A stretch of 41,546 nucleotides of DNA, taken from contig NC_068999.1 of the NCBI RefSeq assembly GCF_001194135.2, positions 19,809,956 to 19,851,501 of the forward strand, given 5' to 3'. This DNA is from Octopus bimaculoides. Taxonomy: Eukaryota. Position numbers and translations under genes: made by a program. Of this stretch, positions 36,155-41,546 are shown piece by piece. The notes beneath the pieces are model-generated. The model had not been told where the DNA came from. It made no database searches and saw only the letters and a program-made list of their open reading frames with translations. Numbering within the stretch: position 1 is the stretch's first letter; each line of letters opens with the position of its first letter.

Positions 36155-36645
36155 GGCAGGAGTAGCTGTGTGGTAAGTAGCTTGCTTACCAACCACATGG
36201 CTCCAGGTTCATTCCCACTGCGTGGCACCTTGGGCAAGTGTCTTCTACTATAGCCTCGGGCCGACCAAAGCCTTGTGAGTGGATTTGGTAGACAGAAGCT
36301 GAAAGAAGCCTGTCGTATATATATATATATATNNNNNNNNNNNNNNNNNNNNNNNNNNNNNNNNNNNNNNNNNNNNNNNNNNNNNNNNNNNNNNNNNNNN
36401 NNNNNNNNNNNNNNNNNNNNNNNNNNNNNNNNNNNNNNNNNNNNNNNNNNNNNNNNNNNNNNNNNNNNNNNNNNNNNNNNNNNNNNNNNNNNNNNNNNNN
36501 NNNNNNNNNNNNNNNNNNNNNNNNNNGATACCGATAGAATAAGTACTAGGCATCCAAAGAGTAAGTCCTGAGGTCGATTTGCTCGACTAAAGGCGGTGCT
36601 CCAGCATGGTCATAGTGAAATGACTGAAACAAGTAAAAATAAAAA
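36155..36645 (+). mobile_element. Octopus-type tRNA-derived SINE, well-preserved copy with gapped internal microsatellite
   Basis: GGCAGGAGTAGCTGTGTGGTAAGTAGCTTGCTTACCAACCACATGG..GGTTCATTCCCACTGCGTGGCACCTTGGGCAAGTGTCTTCTACTATAGCC; tail GATAGAATAAGTACTAGGC..GGTCGATTTGCTCGACTAAAGGCGGTGCTCCAGCATGG..AAATGACTGAAACAAGTAAAA. Confidence 0.9.
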
Positions 36646-36674
36646 GAGTGACAATCCATATGAAGTTGTATTTT

Positions 36675-36801
36675 GATGATGATATTGAAGGTGCTGCTGC
36701 TGCTACTGAAGATGACGATGTTGATGATGATGACGATGATGATCATAATGATAAGAATGACGAGGCTGACCCTGATGGTGTTGATGATAACCATCATGAT
36801 C

Positions 36802-36833
<32 letters not shown>

Positions 36834-37060
36834 GATTCTGATAAGAAAAACAAGGACGTCAACGACGACAGTGATGATGATTTTCATGATGATGACGATG
36901 ACGACGACAACGATGAAGGCGAATTATGTGATGATGCATTTGTTTTTTAGCTTCAAAGAATGCATCATGGAGCCGACCCAATTTCAAGAGTATCCGTGAA
37001 AAACCATCCACTTCTCATTTCATAAGGAGAAATAAATTACCAAATTACTCGCACCATATA
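36675..37060 (+). repeat. Degenerate (GAT/GAC)n array plus ~180-bp block duplicated at 40375-40552
   Basis: gattttcatgatgatg..gaaggcgaatta..tgatgatg..ttttag followed by 113 bp that align without indels to 40440-40552 (about 23 mismatches counted by hand). Confidence 0.85.
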
Positions 37061-38627
37061 AAACGCGTCCCTTGATAAATCTGGAAACGACCATTCGTCC
37101 TAAAGAAACGTGAAGATGGAGATTTGTCTGCTGTATAGCATATTCTTTATGTCTGATTTTTTTCTCTCCAGTCAACAGGCTAGAAACGCCATCCATATTT
37201 CTTTATGCTGAGAGTTCATTATTTATCAAATCTTATCTTATTATAAAGTTCTCTAAGATTATTGCCGTCATATATTCTCTTCGGTAATTAAAGTATCTTC
37301 CATTATCCGACTCTGCCGCAGTTCATCTAAATGATGTTTTGAGATACCTCATTTCTTAGTTTGTTTAAGATTATATTGTTTGCTAGTAGTCAATCTAGTA
37401 TACTTTCTGTCTTTTGTTTGCAGCTTATATAATCTCATTTGACGTAAACGTCTTCTACTTTTCGAGATTTCTTTCTCTCTGTATCACTTATATATTAGAC
37501 GGTTCAGTAGTTTCTGACTCTGCCTGTTGAGTATATCACTTACGTCCTCTTTTGTTAAACTTATCACTTAGTCTGCTTCATAAATTTTATCAGCAGTGAT
37601 TATGATTATGTTGTCGAGGGTTGATCGTGAATGAGATTTCTGTCCTAATTTGATATGATCAATGTTCTCGAAGGCAGAAATATCTGCGACTGTTGAATAT
37701 ATCATAACGACAAGACACAGTTCTTATCGTTTTTATATTTTTTATCAGTGTACGTCTTCGTTGTGAATTAATAATTAGGCACAAAAATAAGAAGTTAACT
37801 AGTGTCACGCTTCATATAACGGGTATATTTGGAAGTATACTGTTCTCACTATGTGTAATGTCAAGAAATATAGCATACACAGAATAACTATAATTTAGCT
37901 TTTATTAAATTTACCGTTCACTTTCACTTCCTTTTCTTTAACGTGCTATTCTTAGTTATTTTGCATCACTTATTTCCATTCGGTAGTTTCCCGAAGGAAG
38001 AAATTAAAAGATAAATAGACTTTACGCATACACTTGTATGACGTTTGTTTGAGTCTACAATGTGACACAGGAATTCTAAATATGATGTGCTCGTTTAAAG
38101 ATGGTACATAATTTATTTAGATTTTTAAAATTTTGATAAGTATTGACTGAAAAGGACAACAAATATTTTGAGGTGGACGAAGTGTTTACCGGTGTTCCTT
38201 TCTCTGTTAGTTTCCTTCTTAAGAATTCGAAGCTTGTAGATTATTAAATTCTATAATAACAAAGTCACTCCTAGAACAACTCCAGTCGTCGGCTGCCTAC
38301 TGTTACACAAGAAATGATATTCTGCAATCCCAAGACGCCTTCAAACTTTCTAAATTATTCTGTTTCATTTTCTATGAGGCATACTATAAATGGTGAAGAA
38401 GTTTAATTATCTTAGTTATCCCATATGTTATATATTTTATACGAGTGAAATAGCGAAGACATGTTACGATAAGATAGAGAAATTTGAAAAGACAACACGA
38501 AACCAGTTATTTCTCCAAATACAATGTTTATATACCCAAACATTTTATAACATTTTTCTGACATAATTTAAATATATACTTTAACCATGTAACACAAGCC
38601 TTCTGTAGCCTTTTCACACTTGTTTAT

Positions 38628-38662
<35 letters not shown>

Positions 38663-38999
38663 ACCTTCATGCATGAACACACGCATGGATACACACAGAC
38701 ATAAATACATGAATGCTCACTCACACATACATACACACACACATACACGCACACAAAAAATACACGATGGCACTCTCATCATACCGAGTGATAGCTGTCT
38801 CGCATTCAGCTTGATTATACTGATTTACTTTCATCTTCGCATGAGTGCATATATCTACCGCTAACCTAGGAGTGTTGCCTTCCTCGGGGTTTCGTGAAAA
38901 ATAACACGGTTCTTCTCTGCTACTGGGAAAACTATTTAACTCATAGAAAAGACTCTAACAGGTAGTGTCATTCTGGATCAGACAGACCTAGCAGTAATC

Positions 39000-39135
39000 T
39001 TTTCTATATTAGGCACAAGGCTGGACATTTTGGGTGAGGGGCCACCCGATCCACCCGCAGTACACAACTGGGACATAATCTATCGACACTGAAAAGATGA
39101 AAGGCTCGCCGCCTTACAGACCTAAGAGGAACGTC
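39000..39135 (-). mobile_element. Diverged copy of a second octopus SINE family
   Basis: tattaggcacaaggctggacattttggg..cagtacacaactgggacataatctatcgacactgaaaagatgaaaggc resembles the recalled octopus SINE core (..ggtacttaatttatcgaccccgaaaggatgaaaggcaaagtcgacc..). Confidence 0.58.
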
Positions 39136-40305
39136 AATTAAAGGGTGAGTCCACACTCATCAACTGCAAAACTCATGAACCTGGCCATCGGATGCTGTTT
39201 AGCATCATAGCATATACATATATGTATATGCTTTTCTGTGTGTCTGTGCTTTGTGTGTGAGTGTGTGCTAATATGTGTGTGTGCATGCGTATGATTATGT
39301 GTATGTGTGTGTCTATTAGCATATGAGAGTATGTATGTACATATGTATATTTGCATGGTGTTTCTGCTCTATATTTTCCCAAAAAGAGAGTCTTGGTGGC
39401 ACTGAAACAAAATGAGCTACAAATATGGTACGTATCGAAAAGTATACCTGATATTTGGATTATTATGTGATAGACTTATATTTGAAAAGGATATCGTACT
39501 TTACAAAAGGTAAAGATTTATTTCTAGAATGATAACTATATTACTATCGTTGTGTTAGGGACACAGAATTGGAATGACGTGAATAAACATCACGGTGAAT
39601 AAATATCATGGAATAAATATCACTGTATATCAACATATTGACGGTGATATACAGTTTGAGAAATAATAAAGTGTGGCAATGGTAGTGATGATGAGCTTGT
39701 TGATGACGACGACNNNNNNNNNNNNNNNNNNNNNNNNNNNNNNNNNNNNNNNNNNNNNNNNNNNNNNNNNNNNNNNNNNNNNNNNNNNNNNNNNNNNNNN
39801 NNNNNNNNNNNNNNNNNNNNNNNNNNNNNNNNNNNNNNNNNNNNNNNNNNNNNNNNNNNNNNNNNNNNNNNNNNNNNNNNNNNNNNNNNNNNNNNNNNNN
39901 NNNNNNNNNNNNNNNNNNNNNNNNNNNNNNNNNNNNNNNNNNNNNNNNNNNNNNNNNNNNNNNNNNNNNNNNNNNNNNNNNNNNNNNNNNNNNNNNNNNN
40001 NNNNNNNNNNNNNNNNNNNNNNNNNNNNNNNNNNNNNNNNNNNNNNNNNNNNNNNNNNNNNNNNNNNNNNNNNNNNNNNNNNNNNNNNNNNNNNNNNNNN
40101 NNNNNNNNNNNNNNNNNNNNNNNNNNNNNNNNNNNNNNNNNNNNNNNNNNNNNNNNNNNNNNNNNNNNNNNNNNNNNNNNNNNNNNNNNNNNNNNNNNNN
40201 NNNNNNNNNNNNNNNNNNNNNNNNNNNNNNNNNNNNNNNNNNNNNNNNNNNNNNNNNNNNNNNNNNNNNNNNNNNNNNNNNNNNNNNNNNNNNNNNNNNN
40301 NNNNN

Positions 40306-40552
40306 GAGGAGGAGGAGGAGAAGGAGGAGGAGGAGAAGGAGGAGGAGGAGGAGGATAATAAAGACGACGACGTAATGATTTTCATGATGATGGTGACGAC
40401 GGTGAAGCTGAATTAGATGATGATGTATCTGTATTTTAGCCTCAAATAATTTATTCTGGAGCCAACCCAATTTCCATAGTATCCATGAAAAGCCATCCAC
40501 TTTTCTATCCATAAGTAGAAATAGATTACCATATTATTCGATCCATATTTAA
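40306..40552 (+). repeat. (GAG)n array plus second copy of the duplicated block
   Basis: See 36675-37060; preceded by a 592-N gap that starts within (GAC)n. Confidence 0.85.
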
Positions 40553-40779
40553 TACAGAATATTGGGTTTTCGGGTAAATTTGGCTTTTTCTTCTCATTGT
40601 TTGGCCATATTGTCTGCAATTCTGTCGTGGTAGCAATATGTCGATGACGACATTAACGTTAAAAGGAGAGTACTGCAGATGAACGGAATGTAGAAAATTG
40701 ACGGGGAATAACAAAATAGAAATTACATTCTTCTTCAAGTCGAAGAAGTCAAGGCTGCTACTGCCGATGGCAATTGTCA

Positions 40780-40804
40780 CCATCATCAGCATCATCAACA
40801 TCAA

Positions 40805-40860
<56 letters not shown>

Positions 40861-40900
40861 ACAACATCAACATCATCATCATCATCATCATCATCATAAA

Positions 40901-40937
<37 letters not shown>

Positions 40938-40941
40938 GTCG
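40780..40941. repeat. (CAT)n trinucleotide microsatellite
   Basis: Read directly; source of the poly-Met and poly-Ile ORFs. Confidence 0.94.
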
Positions 40942-41546
40942 NNNNNNNNNNTAATGTGTTGGTGGTGACAACGTCACTATTATTGGAATCGACCAGATGT
41001 CACACTGTCCAATTGCGAGGAGTCTAGTATGCATAAGAGGAATCTAGTATATAACCGTACACACAGCTATATATGTGGTTGTGTGTGTGTTTATATATAT
41101 ATATATATATATGCATGGGTATCAGTATAATAGGGGCATACACATAAAATGATACATTGAGAAGTCAAAAACGTGAGACTTAGTCATATTTACTTGGACG
41201 TAGACATAAATTAATATCGATCCAAATATTTTAGCAAATATCTATTTCATCAGAAATAAAGTGTATCAAATTATATGTTGCCTTATATGATTCTAACATT
41301 TGTAATAATTCATATTTGTGACTCAGCCATCTGCACGGAAAAAATGGCCTGAAAACATACCCGTATTTAATGTTTCCCAAAATAATATAGCAATGTTATT
41401 TGAAACAGTCAATATGAACTTGTTTTTCACCCACTAGTATGTATCCTTCATAATCACATTTTCAATCATATACACGCATATAAAAACACACATCCACGCA
41501 CACACATATGTATGTTTATTTATATATATATATATATTTATATATA

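Noticed and set aside
40526-41027. Poly-Met and poly-Ile ORFs
   Set aside because: Translations of the (CAT)n microsatellite.
1-41546. CRISPR array, operon or other prokaryotic/viral system
   Set aside because: No regularly spaced repeat-spacer units, no dense gene packing, and no viral hallmark genes; the content is typical eukaryotic repeat-rich DNA.

Overview
Eukaryotic, AT-rich, microsatellite-saturated genomic DNA with about 19 assembly gaps (~4.6 kb of N), almost all abutting simple repeats. The SINE families, the mariner-type element and the repeat landscape are characteristic of an octopus genome (inference; probably a fragmented short-read Octopus assembly). I cannot identify an intact host protein-coding gene, tRNA, rRNA or CRISPR array. 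Most listed ORFs are translations of microsatellites or N runs. The interpretable content is a fossil record of transposons: a Gypsy LTR pol remnant (protease+RT), a Dong/R4-clade non-LTR RT with an internal deletion, an RTE/BovB-like LINE 3' end, a Tc1/mariner (maT-like) transposase with a right terminal repeat, a probable LINE ORF1 remnant, weaker RTE and mariner traces, and 5-7 tRNA-derived SINE copies that carry an internal microsatellite. Items not explained by transposons are two local duplications, a GC-rich three-way-junction fold, a promoter-like motif cluster with a repeated 16-mer, and several minus-strand exon-like segments. None of these demonstrates a new biological system; all are low-to-moderate confidence leads.
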